From Cyanophora paradoxa CCMP329 (Eukaryota; Plantae; Glaucophyta): DNA of 64,000 bases. The DNA lies in the NCBI GenBank assembly GCA_004431415.1, contig QPMI01000200.1, positions 128,308 through 192,307 of the forward strand, given 5' to 3'. Within the stretch, counting starts at the first letter, position 1. Each line of letters starts with the position of its first letter. Below are positions 49,163-61,689 of this stretch, piece after piece. The position numbers and the translations under genes are program-made. Under the pieces are notes generated by a model. The model searched no databases. It saw only the letters and a list, made by a program, of their open reading frames with translations, and was not told where the DNA came from.

Positions 49163-51434
49163 CTACGGAGCGGGGGCGAGCTTGCGGCGGAGGGCCTCGA
49201 AGAGGTCGCCGAGGGCGCGGGCGCCCCGCGGCGAGGCCGCCTCCCCCTCCAGCCCCCCCTCCGCGGCCACCTGCCCGCCGCGCGCCTCAGCCGGCGGCGC
49301 CGGTGCGGGGGCGGGGGCCGTGGCGGGCCGCGCCTCGACGAGGAAGGTGCTCGGAGCGGAGCGCATGATCTGCACGCAGAAGGCCACCTCGCGGCCCCCC
49401 GGCGGCCCCGTCGCGCCCCCGCCCCCCCCGCCCCCCGAGCCCTCCTCGCCATCGCCGCCGCTCCCCGCGCTGCTCGGCGTGAACGCCTCCCCCGCCTCCT
49501 CCCCCGCTCCCTCCGCCCCCTCCCTCCCCCCCGGCGGCGTATCTGGAGCGCCGCCGGCGTGCCCCGCGGAGGGCGCCTCGGGGGGGTCTCCCGAGGTGCC
49601 CTTCCGCCCAGGGGAGAGCGCCGAGGGCGCGGGGGGCCTGCGGGAGGCTCGGAGGGGCGCGGGGCGGGGCAGGGCGCGGGCACCGGAGGGCGGGGGGAAG
49701 GGCGGGGCCGATCTCCTCCGCCCCGTCCCCCGAGGTGGACGGGGCCTCGGCGGGGCCGACGCGCAGCAGGCCCTGGGCGGGGCTCGGGCGCGGCGGGCGC
49801 GGCCGGGGCGGGGCGGGCCTGGAGGCGGGCGGCGTGGCGGTCGAGGGAGCGGACCTCGCACTGCGCGCCGCGTGAGGCCCGCACGGCGGGCGGCCGGGCG
49901 GGCGGGGGGCGGGCCCCGGGTCGAAGGAGGCGACGGCGCGGGCGGCGTCGGCGAGCAGCGCCGCCGCGCTCGCCGCCGCCGCCACGAAGCGCCGCCCCGG
50001 CCCCCGCTCCCGCGCCGCCCGCTTTGCCGCACGCTCCGCCCCCGCCGGCGCCTCCCGCCTCGCCTGGGGGCGGCGTGGGCGGGACGGGGGGCGGGCGTGG
50101 GGCGGGCGGACGCGTGCGGCGGCGAGGAGGGCGTCGAGGCCGTGGTCCGTGTGGGACCAGGCGAGGCCCCAGCGCGTCGTCCGCCCCTGCACGAACTCCG
50201 TCACTCGCACGTTGCGCACCTGCGGCGGCATCAGGCGGGCGGGGCGGGGCGGGGGCGGGGCGGGGACGGGGGTGCGGGCCCCGCGGGCGTGGAGGGCGCG
50301 GCGGAGCGGGGCGAGAGAGGCCTTGCGGCCGAGCATGGAGGAGTACCAGAGGACGCGCGTGCCGAGCCGAGCCGACTCCTCCACCATGCGCGACACGAAC
50401 GCCACCTCCCCCCCTCCGTCGCCACCTCGTGCCCCCGCCCCGCCGCCCGCCCCCCTCCCGCCCCCCGCCCTGTCGGCGGGCGCCCGGGGCGGGGGCGGGG
50501 CCCGGGGCGGCGGCGGGGACCTTGGCGCTGGCGTCGGCGTCCTCGGGGGTGGCGAAGAAGGGCGGGTTGCACATGCAGAAGTCGAAGGCCTCGCCCTCGC
50601 GCAGCACGCCGGCGAGCAGCGCCCCCGCCTCCGCCCGCCGCACCTCGATCCGCCCCTCCAGCCCGTTCCGCGCCGCCAGCCCCCGCGCGTGCTCCACCGC
50701 CCCCTCCTCCGAGTGTGCCCCGCCGTCAAGGCGCGGCGCGCGGCGCGGGGCACGGCACGCGCAGAGGGGGCCCGGCGGGAGGGATATCGGTGGCGAGGAA
50801 GCGCCAGTTCGCAATGCGGACGCCCAGCAGCGGGTAGATCAACGAGTAGCCCGTCCCGCTGCGGAGAGCCGCCCATCGGAGGCCCGAGCCTGCAGCGCTC
50901 GCAGGGACCGGAGGCCCTGAGGTGCGCACATGTCGATGCCGTGGACGGAGGGGTCGCCCGACATGCGCCCGCTCTGCGCCAGCACGTCCTCCAGCCAGTG
51001 GATGTAGTTCGCCCTGCCCCGCCCCCCGTCGCGTCGCCTGGCCATGGCGCGCTGCGGCGCGCAGGCGCAGGCGCCCGCACCGGTTGGTGACGGGCGGGCA
51101 GAGCTGATCACGCGGCATATCCCAGTCCAGGTTGAAATCGTGCTTGAGCAGCACGCGCGTCAGCGCCCTGCTTGCGCGTCATTGCGGTAGCGCTGGGCGT
51201 CGCGCGTACGGGGCACCGGTTGGCGTCCGGATCGCGCCAGTCGATCGAGGGCGCGCCGAATTTGTTAACGAACACGCTGCGGCGCGCTTCGAATCGCCGA
51301 GTCGCGCGCGGCGGCTCAGGGCGGCAGACTCACTAGGGCGCGAACTCGGGATGCGCATCCGCCAGCTGCTTGAAGTCTGGATGCTTGTTCCTGTATAGGT
51401 TGCGCTCGTGGGGCGCTCGCTCTCTCTCAGCCAT
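49163..51434 (-). CDS. METTL16: METTL16/RlmF-family U6 snRNA m6A methyltransferase
   Basis: MAERERAPHERNLY..PDFKQLA, LTRVLLKHDFNL..LCPPVTNR|ANYIHWLED, GIDI|GTGYSLIYPLLG, FDFCMCNPPFF, GGEVAFV..WYSSMLG, EFVQGRTTRWGLAWS. Confidence 0.96.
50715..50787 (-). other. U12-type AT-AC intron in METTL16
   Basis: Donor ATATCCCT at 50787, branch CCTTGAC at 50731-50725, acceptor AC at 50716-50715. Removing 73 nt gives the required frame change and FLATD-SEEGAVEHA. Confidence 0.85.
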
Positions 51435-51487
51435 CGCGCCGTCGGTGTATCCCCTCACACCTTCGCCCCCCTTGGCGGTTTCTCCTC

Positions 51488-51549
51488 TTTTTGCTCGAAC
51501 TGTACCTATTTTGCTCGAACTGTACCTAATTTGCTCGAACTGTACCTAA
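51488..51549. promoter_or_regulatory. 3 x 20-bp tandem repeat next to a TATATATA tract in the divergent METTL16/DPCD promoter
   Basis: TTTGCTCGAACTGTACCTA(T/A) three times; TATATATA at ~51557. Regulatory role inferred from position only. Confidence 0.5.
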
Positions 51550-51775
51550 CCTCGCTTATATATATGAAACTTTTCCAACTTGGAGCAGCACGCCCTGCCA
51601 GTTCAAGCTTCGTCGTCGTCTTCAGCGCGCCGCTAACGAGTCGCGCTCGACAGATCGTTGAGCGCACCGCTGCCGGAGCTTTACCTAGCCAGGCCCCCAA
51701 AGAAGCCGCGCGCTTCCCAGCTTCTTCTGTGAGGAAGCCGCAGACGGCGATAGCAGCCACGCCTGGAGCGCCAGG

Positions 51776-52818
<1,043 letters not shown>

Positions 52819-53087
52819 TGATCATGAATTTCGAAGTCTCGCTAGCAGCAGCTATTGCAATGCAGCCAGCTGTGGCGCCAGATCTGGATCCGGAAGCTCC
52901 GGATCGATCAGAGCTGCCCACAAGCAAGGGGGGGGGTTCGATATTGGGGGGTACAGTGTAACCGCTTCTTCTTGCTCTAGGTAGAGCTCGAGCTCTCAGG
53001 TGCAGCCGCTGAGCTGTGTAGTGCGCACGGAAGCCATCGGACCAACCCACGAGCTGCCACATCCAGCGCCAGCGGACTCGTCCAAAA

Positions 53088-54890
53088 ATGAAGCCGCCGG
53101 CCGGCGGCGCTGGGAAGATCAGGAGACCGGCTAGAAAGATCATAACGTGCGTGCAAAGCTTAGCTCTGGAGCACACGTGCACCGGCGCGCTGACGGCTCG
53201 GCATTGCAGGGAGACCCTGGAGGACCTCGTTGGCGACGTCGACGAGGACGACGCGGGGTGAGCTGGTGGCCGCAATCCGGCCGGGCGGGGCTGACGGGGC
53301 GCGGGGCGCGCGGGGCGCAGGCTCACCATCACGTTCCTCGTGGAGGCCGGCGAAGACGGCGAGGCGCCGCGGCTGGTGCCGGCCGGCCCGGCCCCCGGCC
53401 CCGCCGTGCAGTACCGCTCCTACGACGACGAGGCCCGGGAGCCGGCGCGCCCCGCCCGCCCCCGGCCCCCGCCTGGGCGCCGAGCCCGGCCCGCCCCCGC
53501 GGCTTCACCGCGAGGCGCCCGGGTTCTTCTGGGCGGGGGGCCGCCCCGCCTCCGCCCGCGCCCTCTACGCCGCCCATGCCCGCCCCGCCTCCGCCCGGCG
53601 GGGGCCCCGCGCCCCTCCTCCGCCCCGCCGGCGGCCGTGCCCGGCGAGAGGCGGGCGCCCTCGGCGCGGGGGCCGGCGCGGGCGGCGAGCGTCGCCTCGC
53701 GGCGCTCGAGCTCCCGCTCCTCGCAGCGGCCCGCCGCCCCGCGGCCCCGCTCCGCCCCGCCGGCCCCCGCCGCCCCCCGGAGGAGGCGGCCGAGGGGCGG
53801 GCGCGGTGGGCGGCGCTGCACCGCGAGGGCGGTGCCGGCCCCTCCATGCACGCCCGCCTCGCCGCCGTCGGCGCCTCCGATCTCCCGTACCCCTCGCCCT
53901 ACGTCCGCGCCCCCTTCGGCCGGGCAGCGGGCCCGTCGCCCGGCCCCGCCGCCTACGAGCCGTGGAGGGCGGAGGTGCAGACGCGGGCGCGCCCGCCCTC
54001 GGCCTCTCTCCGCGGGGGGTCCCTGCCTCGCCCCGCCGGCGCGGAGGCGTTGGGAGCGGGCCCGGGGCCGGCGTACAACACGCGGGGGCCGGCGCGACTG
54101 CTCTCGTCGCACCGGCGGGCGCCGGCGGCTAGCATCTCCGCGAGCCGCACGCCCCGCATCCACCAGTACACCAGCCCCTCGTCCGCCGCCCCGCACGCCC
54201 CCTCCCCCCGCCCCGCCCTTACGCCCCGCAGCCCGGGCCCCTGCCACTACGACCCCGTCACGCCCCGCGGCCCGCCGCGCGGGGCCCGCATCCCCACCGC
54301 CCCCATCCCCACACACCCGCTGCACTTCCGTGCGCGCCGGGTGGCCGCCCCCGGCCGGCTTCCGCTGAGGGGCCCCGCAGCGTGGGCCCCCGACACCTTC
54401 CCCGGGCCGGCGAAGTACTACCCCCAGCCGGAGGCGGCGACGGGCAGCGGCTGGCGCACCGCCCGGGGGCAGCCGGCCTTCTCGCCCCGGCCCCCCTGCA
54501 CCCTCTTCCCCCCCGACGAGGCCGTGCGCCCGCCCCGCCCCGCGCCGCGCCGCGCCGCGATGCGGCGGCCGACGGGCGGCTTAGACGATGGAGGCGGGGC
54601 TGGGGCGCTCGCCGGGGCCCCAGGCGTATGCCCCCCGCGAGTGGGCCCGCAGCTCGACGCCCCGCGCCCCCGCCGCCTCCTTCGGCGCCACCCCGCGGCG
54701 CGGGGGCGCGGGGCCGGGGGAGGACTCGCCGGGCCCCGCGTACAGGCCGCGCCTGGAGGCGTACAAGCCGGCCTCGGCGGCGCACTCGTGGGGCGCCCCG
54801 CCGGCCTCCCCCACCCTCCAGCGCCTCCTCCGCGGCACCAGCCCCCGCGCCCGCAGCGCCGCCCCCGCCCCCCGCAAGGCACTCCAGTAG
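53088..54890 (+). CDS. ODF3/STPG-like SHIPPO (PGP..Y) repeat protein, likely axonemal
   Basis: Repeats SPGPAAY, GPGPAYN, SPGPCHYDP, FPGPAKYYP, SPGPQAYAP, SPGPAYRP; multi-exon. Confidence 0.8.
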
Positions 54891-54970
54891 CCTTCCCCCT
54901 CCCCTGCCTGCCCCCGGCCCCGCTTCCGCGCAAGCAAGCAGGGATTGGAAGAGGGGTCGGGGGGCGGGGG

Positions 54971-57900
54971 CTAGAAGAGGGGGGCGGGGGTGTGGTCGTG
55001 GAAGGGGGCGAGGGCGTCGGGGCCGGCCTCGCAGGCGTGGCCCTCCTCGAGGCCCCAGTAGAGGCCCTCCTGCGCCCCCTCCGCCCCCGCCTCCCCCGCA
55101 CCCTCCTCCCCCGCCTCCATCCCCTCCCCGTACCCCTCCGCGCTGTACCCCACCACCTGCTCGCCCCCGTCCACCATCTGCGCCTTCGCCGCAGGCGCCG
55201 GGGCCGGTGCTGGGGCCGGGGCCGGTGCCGGGGCCGGGGCCGGGGCCGGGGCCGGGGCCGGGGCCGGGGCCGGGGCCGGGGCCGGGCCGGGCTCGCGGGT
55301 TGCGGGAGGCGGGCGCCTGGGCGGGCGCCGTCGTCGCCGAGACCACTGCCGCGCGTCAGGCGGCGCCCCACGCCCCCGCCGGCACACGCACCCGCCGTCG
55401 CGACGGCCGGCGCCGCGGGGACCGGCGCCGGCGCGGGGCCGGGGCCGGAGCCGGCGGGGCGGGCGGGGCGGAGCAGGTGGGGGCGCTGGCGAGGGTCTTG
55501 GTCTCCGGGGGCGCGGGCCCCGTGCGGATGATCTTCACGACGACGCGCTCCGAGGCTGCGGCGCGGTGGGCGGGGCGGGGCGGGGCGCGGGGCGGGGGGC
55601 GGGCGGGGCGGGGCGGACGGCGGCAGAGCTGGGTGGAGGGGGCCTCGTAGACGATCTCGAGGGCCTGCGCCGGCACCTCCGCCAGCACCTTCCCCTCGGG
55701 CTGCACGTACCGGAACTCCGGCTTGCCGATCTGCACCTGCACCTGCTGATCCGGCTGCCGAGAGGCGAGTCGCACGCAAGTCAGTCGCGCGCCCAGCGAT
55801 CTCGGAGGCCAGGTCGAAAGCGGCGGACCATGCGCATCTCGAGGGGCCCCTTCGAGTCCATCTCCACGTTGACCTGTCGAGGCGGGCCGCGTTGACGACC
55901 CCGCCGTCCCTCCGCAAGCCAGCAGATCGACGGTGCCGGCGGCAGCTACCTTTGGGGCCGGCACGCGGACCTAAAACAGCGCCGGGGGCAGCGATCAAGA
56001 GGGGATTCAGCATCGAGGAGGCGGGGGCGCACGTTGATCGTGGGCGCCGGCACAGTCACGTTGACGGGCTCGGTGGGCCCCTGCGGGGCGGTGCGGGTGA
56101 GGGCGGGGCGTCGGGGGATGGAGGGGCGGGGGGGACCTGAATGGTGACGGGGCTCTCGGGGACCTGCACGATCAAAGGCGCCGACGGCACCTCCACTGCC
56201 CGCCCCTCAGCCCCCCACCCGCCCCGCCGGCGGGGGCGGCGGCGGCGGCGCACCGGTCGCGGCGTCGGGGACCTGCAGGCGTCGGGGGCGTCGCGGTCAT
56301 TCGCACGCGCCCGGCCGCGGGGCCTAGCTCAGCGAGGGTCTACGCCCGCTAGGCGCGCACCTTCACTGAGACCTCCTGCGGCTGCTGCACGACCTGCGCG
56401 CGCCTGAGCGCCGCTGCCGGGCGGCGGTGGGGCGGGGGCGGGGCGCGCCTTGAGGGTGCCCATCGGCACAACAACCTTCTGCGTCGACGGCGTCGAGGCG
56501 ACGATTTTCGGCGCCGTTGCTGCAGTCACGTGCGTCGGACAGAGGGAGGGTGCTCGCGGCTAGGCGGGGCGGGGCCGGGGGCGGACACTGGACAGTGTAG
56601 ACTTGCTTGGGCGCGATGACGGAGGTCGTCGCCGGCTTCTCCGTGTTCTGGCGGGCTCGCTTAGACGCCTGTGCCCCGGCGAGCGAGCTCTGCACGGCCC
56701 CCGCTCACCAGCGCCACGGCCGCCACCTTGACCTTGACCTCGCCGGCCTGCCGTGGCGAGGGGCCCCGCCGGTGAGGCGCCCCCCGAGGGGCCGGCGGGG
56801 GAGGGGCACCGGAGCATCGAATTTCGCCGCCGGGGCGGCTGCGATGTCGGCGGAGTGCTCGCGTTGGTGTTAGAGGGAGAGGAGCTGCTGACTGGAGCCG
56901 CACCGGTCACGTTGACGACGGGCTTCTCGGTGCGGACGAGGATCGGCTGGGCCGGGAGCTTGACGGTCTGCGCGGCGGCCGCCTGCGCCACGATGCTCGG
57001 CGCCGCCACGCGGACTGCGCCCCGTCAAACGATGCCCCCGCCGCGGCCGAGGTGCGGAGCGCACTCTCGAGGGGGTCCGGCGTGACGTTCACGACGCGCG
57101 TCGGCGGTGCTGCGCCGGCTCCGATGACCTTGACAGGGGCCTGGAATGACAGTTAGAGCTCGGCCGGCTCATCTCCTCAACAGGGCGACGCTAGCGCGGA
57201 GGGATGGGCGCCGCTGGACGCCGAGAGATCGCCGGGGGAGCGCTGCATGGGGGTGCGCCACGAACCTGCTGGAGGAGGACCTCCTGCTCACGGGTCCCCC
57301 GGTTAGCCCCGCTTTGCGATCGGGATGAGGGGACTTGCCTGCTGCGGCACCGTCGCCGCCTCCTTCGCCTCTTCGCTGAAGGCCACCTTGATCCTGCCGC
57401 CGCCGTCAGCGGCAGGCCAACCCCCGGCGCAGGCCTCGCGCACGGAGCGGGGTCCAATTTCAAGTTGGGAAGCTGCGGGTGCGACGATTGAGGGTTTAAA
57501 GGGTACATAAAAAATCCTAGGGTGCGCACGGTGATTGGCACAGTGACTGCGGCGGGGCTCTCAAAGGCCACCGTCGCGTCAGCCGCCTTCACCGCCACAC
57601 TCTGCACGCGTTGAATTAGCGCTCAAGCATCTCACCCGCTCTCAATCTCGGCCCCGCCCGCTGAGCTTGCCTGCTGAGGCACGCTGATAGGCGCCAGGGG
57701 CTTGGATTCCACGGAAATGCTCGCTGTACCGCACGGGGAGACGGATCAGGGGGACGATCATTTAGACGTGGCGATTATGCGAGGCCGAGGGAAGTCGGGA
57801 ATACCTGGCGCCACTTTGACGGGAACCGACATCCTGGCGGGCGCCGTGAGCGCCCCGGCGGACGGCTGCCGGTGCGGGGCGCGCGGGCGCGCACTCGGGG

Positions 57901-58306
57901 ACGTTGACGCTGATCGGAGCCGGACATGAGGCCTGATCGTGAGGACGAGCCGCAGTCAGCGCCGCGGCGTGACTGCCGCAGTGCTCTCCCTTCAGGGGCG
58001 GGGTCGGGCATGATGACCTGAGACGGGTCCACGCAGACGGCATTCGTGGGCGCCTTCGCGGCGCACGTGGGCGCTTTAACTGCCGGCGCGAGAGACGTGC
58101 ACATAAGCGAGCGGCCCGAATGTATCAGGCGGGTATGGGGGACCATCGGCAGGCTTTGCGGCGTCCGGTCCGGGCTTGGCGGCTTCTGCGGCCGGTGGGG
58201 TCTTCGGAGCGTCGGCGGAGGTGGATGCCTGCAGGGCGTCACTCTAGATGTGCGGCTGAGCTGCGAGGTCGGGCGGCCTCACCGGGGCGGCCGCGGCCGA
58301 GGACAT
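54971..58306 (-). CDS. Val/Pro/Ala-rich multi-exon protein of unknown function
   Basis: Spliced exons such as APISVNVPE, TVKLPAQPILVRTEKPVVNVT, VEVPSAPLIVQVPESPVTIQ, QVQIGKPEFRYVQPEGK, and a (PA)n tract at ~55200-55290. Start inferred. Confidence 0.65.
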
Positions 58307-58777
58307 TGTGCCGAACGCGCCCTGCGGTACGGCAGTTACTACCCCAACTTGCTATTTGCTTCATCTTGATGAGAACTCTCGAAGTCACCTTGATGCTTGA
58401 GCAGCGACCCTGGTGAAGACCCGCTGATAGAGAGCGGCGGTTGCGAACGAAGCTGATCAGTGATGAAGAAAGGCGCGCGGCGTACCCCTGGAGGCGGCCA
58501 AATTTCCGCAAAAAAACGTAAAGCAGCGCGCGCACACGAGCCTGCGCATTGCGCTTCTTAAAACTCTCATGTAGCTCGCGTTCTACACGCCGTGCGACGA
58601 AGCCACGTCGACGTCGACGAGGCGCTCGCCGGGCCCGGGGGAAGTCTGCTGTGAGGGCGCCGCGGCCGGCGCCTAGCCTAGTAGGCCTCCAACTTGGCAA
58701 CGCGACATGTGCTGCGATGCCCACGAGCCTGGTGCGAAGTCGAACGTTGACCTAGCCTGCTCGCGCGCCCCTGCCGC

Positions 58778-59300
58778 ATGCGCAGTGCAGTTGTGCTGGC
58801 AGGATGGGCACGCTCGCTGAGCTCGAGCGCCGGCCGAGCAAGTGGAGGTCTCGTGCGTTTGCGGGGACGGGAGGGTGCTGGCGCGCCTGTCGGTGGGGGG
58901 CCTGGTGGCTCGCCCTCAGGGCCTACATCACGGCTTCACCAATCCCGCGGCCGCCGCCCCGGCCCAGTCCCAGTCATGACGCGGGGGCGTGGCGCAGACA
59001 CGGGTGGCGTGCGAGTGCGGCGGAGTGCAGATGGCCATGGAGGCCGAGCTCGAGTACGACGCCGTCGCCTGCTCCGGGCGCAACACTGTGACACGTGCAC
59101 TCAGGTCCGCGCCGCCCCTGCATGCGCCGCGTGCTTGCAATTGTCTCTGGGGTCCGCCGACGGGTGGCCACGGGGCAGGAGCTGAGCCCGGGGGAGGCTT
59201 GCGCGCGGCGGGCGGGGCCCCGGCGGGCGAACTAGTACTTCGGAAGGTGGAGCGGGTACTGCCCCTCGGCGTGCTCCTCGCTAGCGCTGGAGCTGGACAA
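58778..59300 (+). pseudogene. GFA/CENP-V (Mss4-like Zn-binding) gene fragment, frameshifted
   Basis: VACECGGVQM..DAVAC then, after 11 extra nt (59073-59083), HCDTCTQ, giving the CxCG...CHCxxC signature. No intact downstream exons seen. Confidence 0.6.
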
Positions 59301-59641
59301 GATTTGCGCCGGCGCCGCCGCGCGCCCTGCACTGCAAGCACACCAAGCACTAGTACTCGGTGCGCCAGCCGGCGCCGCCCCGGGCACGCCCTGCCCCTCA
59401 CGGACACGGAAGGTGAAGGTGCATGCATGCGCAAGGCGCATCATGCATATGGCATTGCCGCTGCGCATGCGGGGCCCACCGTGGCCCATGCATATGGCCA
59501 AGTACGCATATTTTCGGTGATTTATATATATAGATGTTATAGATGTTATATATGGATGAACTATTAATTAATTTGATAGGTATATATATGTACATGTACT
59601 ATATATATCATAATATATGAATGGACGAATTATAATATTGC

Positions 59642-61007
59642 TTTAGCGCAGTGGTATAAGGTCGTGCTACGACCTCCCGGATTCCCGGGTTCGGTTCCTG
59701 CTGTTTCCGCTACGTTGTACTTCGAATCCCTGTGATTCCCGATACCGTGACAAGATCCGTGCTCCTGCGGAGCACTAAGTACGGCGAAGCCTCGCGGACG
59801 CCCTCGCGGCTGTCACAGTAGGCCTATAGGGCACTGGCCAGCGGCCTGGCCGATCGCGAACAGCTTTCTGGTTGGAAGCTGGCCGGCTGACGGCCAGTCC
59901 AGCTACCGCTGGCCGGCTAGAGGAATATAACTAGAGGAATATTAATGTACTGAGGAAATAAAGGGAGGCCGGAGCAGGTTGAGATTAGAGGAGATGCATT
60001 ATATATAATATTGTTGAGAGGGAGGCCCGGGAGGGGCAAGGTTCTCGCGGCCAGGCGCATGCACAGAGCTTGCGAATCGCTTAAACAGAATCTTGAATGC
60101 ATATAGCTATAGCATCGATGTGCGGGGCTGCGGAGCTCGAGGCGAGGGCGCGCGGAAAGATGTGCAGGTCCATGCAGGATCGAATTTTCGGGGTCGGCTG
60201 GGTCCTCGCGGCCCGTCGCATACGCAAAGCGTGCGGAAGACTTTGCCTACATCTTAAATGCTTATGCTATCGTTCCGCGCATGCGCCGCGGCGTGGGCGC
60301 GCGGAAAGATGTCAGGGCGCGTGCAGGATCGAATTTTGGCCGTCGGGTACCTTCCTGCGCTGTTCCGGCTCCGAAAAGCGGATTTCGGGGGTGCGCAGGC
60401 CCTGCTATGTCCATGCGCGCCAGTACGCATCGATTGCGCGCGTCGCGGGACCGGGCGGGACCGGCTAGCGCTGGATCAAATTTTCGGCCGACTCTTCGCA
60501 CTGGAGCGTCGACGGCGCTTGAAATCGAGCTTGCGGCGATGCGCTCGCCCTCGCGCGGCATTCTGTATCGTTCTGGGGCGTCCCTGGCGCGATTTCGTCG
60601 CGGGACCGGCGGGACCGGGTCCCACCTTCTGACTCGGACTGCATTTGTCGGAGGTTAAGTACCGGAATTGATCCAGAGGGAAATTCGATTTTCGCGCGAC
60701 GCCCACGGGCGAGCGGTCGTCTTAGGGGAGCCACGACGCTAAAAATGGATCTAGAGAGGTCTGTGGGGGTTAGGGTAGCTGAGTCATTAGCGGCAATCGC
60801 GTCCGTGTCGAGGCAGAATTAATAATTCGTCCTCGAGGGAGTGCGACGCGGAAATTATTTAGCAGGGGGGATCTTGAGTGGAAAAAAAGGTTAAAAAAGG
60901 AATTTATATCGGCGGTTTTTGGGTTTGAGAAAGAGGCTTCGCCTGACTTGTATCCTCGTTGTGTACTACGAGTGGGCACGCCCACCGTAGATCTTAAAAA
61001 AAAAAAA
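59642..61007 (+). mobile_element. 1.37-kb tRNA-headed, poly(A)-tailed retroposon (long SINE)
   Basis: A box TAGCGCAGTGG (59644), B box GGTTCGGTTCC (~59688), 3' stem-loop 60966-60990, A14 run 60996-61009, TSD AATTATAATATTGC at 59628-59641 and 61008-61021. Confidence 0.88.
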
Positions 61008-61689
61008 AATTATAATATTGCATGCAATTTAAGTCTAGCTCTAGCTGCATGCTAGCTAGCTATAGCTAGATCTCATGTGTAGGCTAGCCGTGGCAAGGGG
61101 TACAGGAGCATACTGTGGCTTCAGCTTTAATTTACGGTACCAGTGTGTGCGTAGCAGCAGCTGCTAGCTAGCGCTTGGCTGCACATATCATCGCGGTATG
61201 CATTTGCAGTTGCAACAGCAGCTGTGACTAGCGTGTCAGTGCACGCGCAGCCTCCCACAGCAGGCGCAGTGAGCGTTATATGTGACACCCACGGCGCGAT
61301 TGTGCGGACCGTCCCCATCCCGCATCCCTGAGAAGTGCTAGGCCATGCGCCACGATTCAGCTGTCCGCTTTCTCCAGAGCTCGCCGGCCCGTAAGGATTG
61401 ACCGCAGAGCGTGCCGGGGTGCGTGGGCCGGGGGAATCCGGGCCCAGGGGCGCGTCCCATGACGAGCTGAATGGTCCTGAATTGCGCAGGCGACCGTCGT
61501 GGCCGCCGCCTTGGCGGGAGACGCATCTTGCCGGGTCGTGCTGAGGGGGTCCCGCTCCTGCTGCCAGCCTCCACCAGTGGGCCGAGGCCAGCGAGCAGGC
61601 CCCTGGTGCCTGCGGCGAAAGCGCCTGCAGTGGGCCGCTAGCGCGCCAGCGGCGAGCCTGGGCGGCTGCGGTGCGGGCAGCGGGGCGCG

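Noticed and set aside
59637-59712. Functional tRNA gene
   Set aside because: A and B boxes are present but there is no acceptor stem or canonical anticodon arm; it is the head of a TSD-flanked retroposon.
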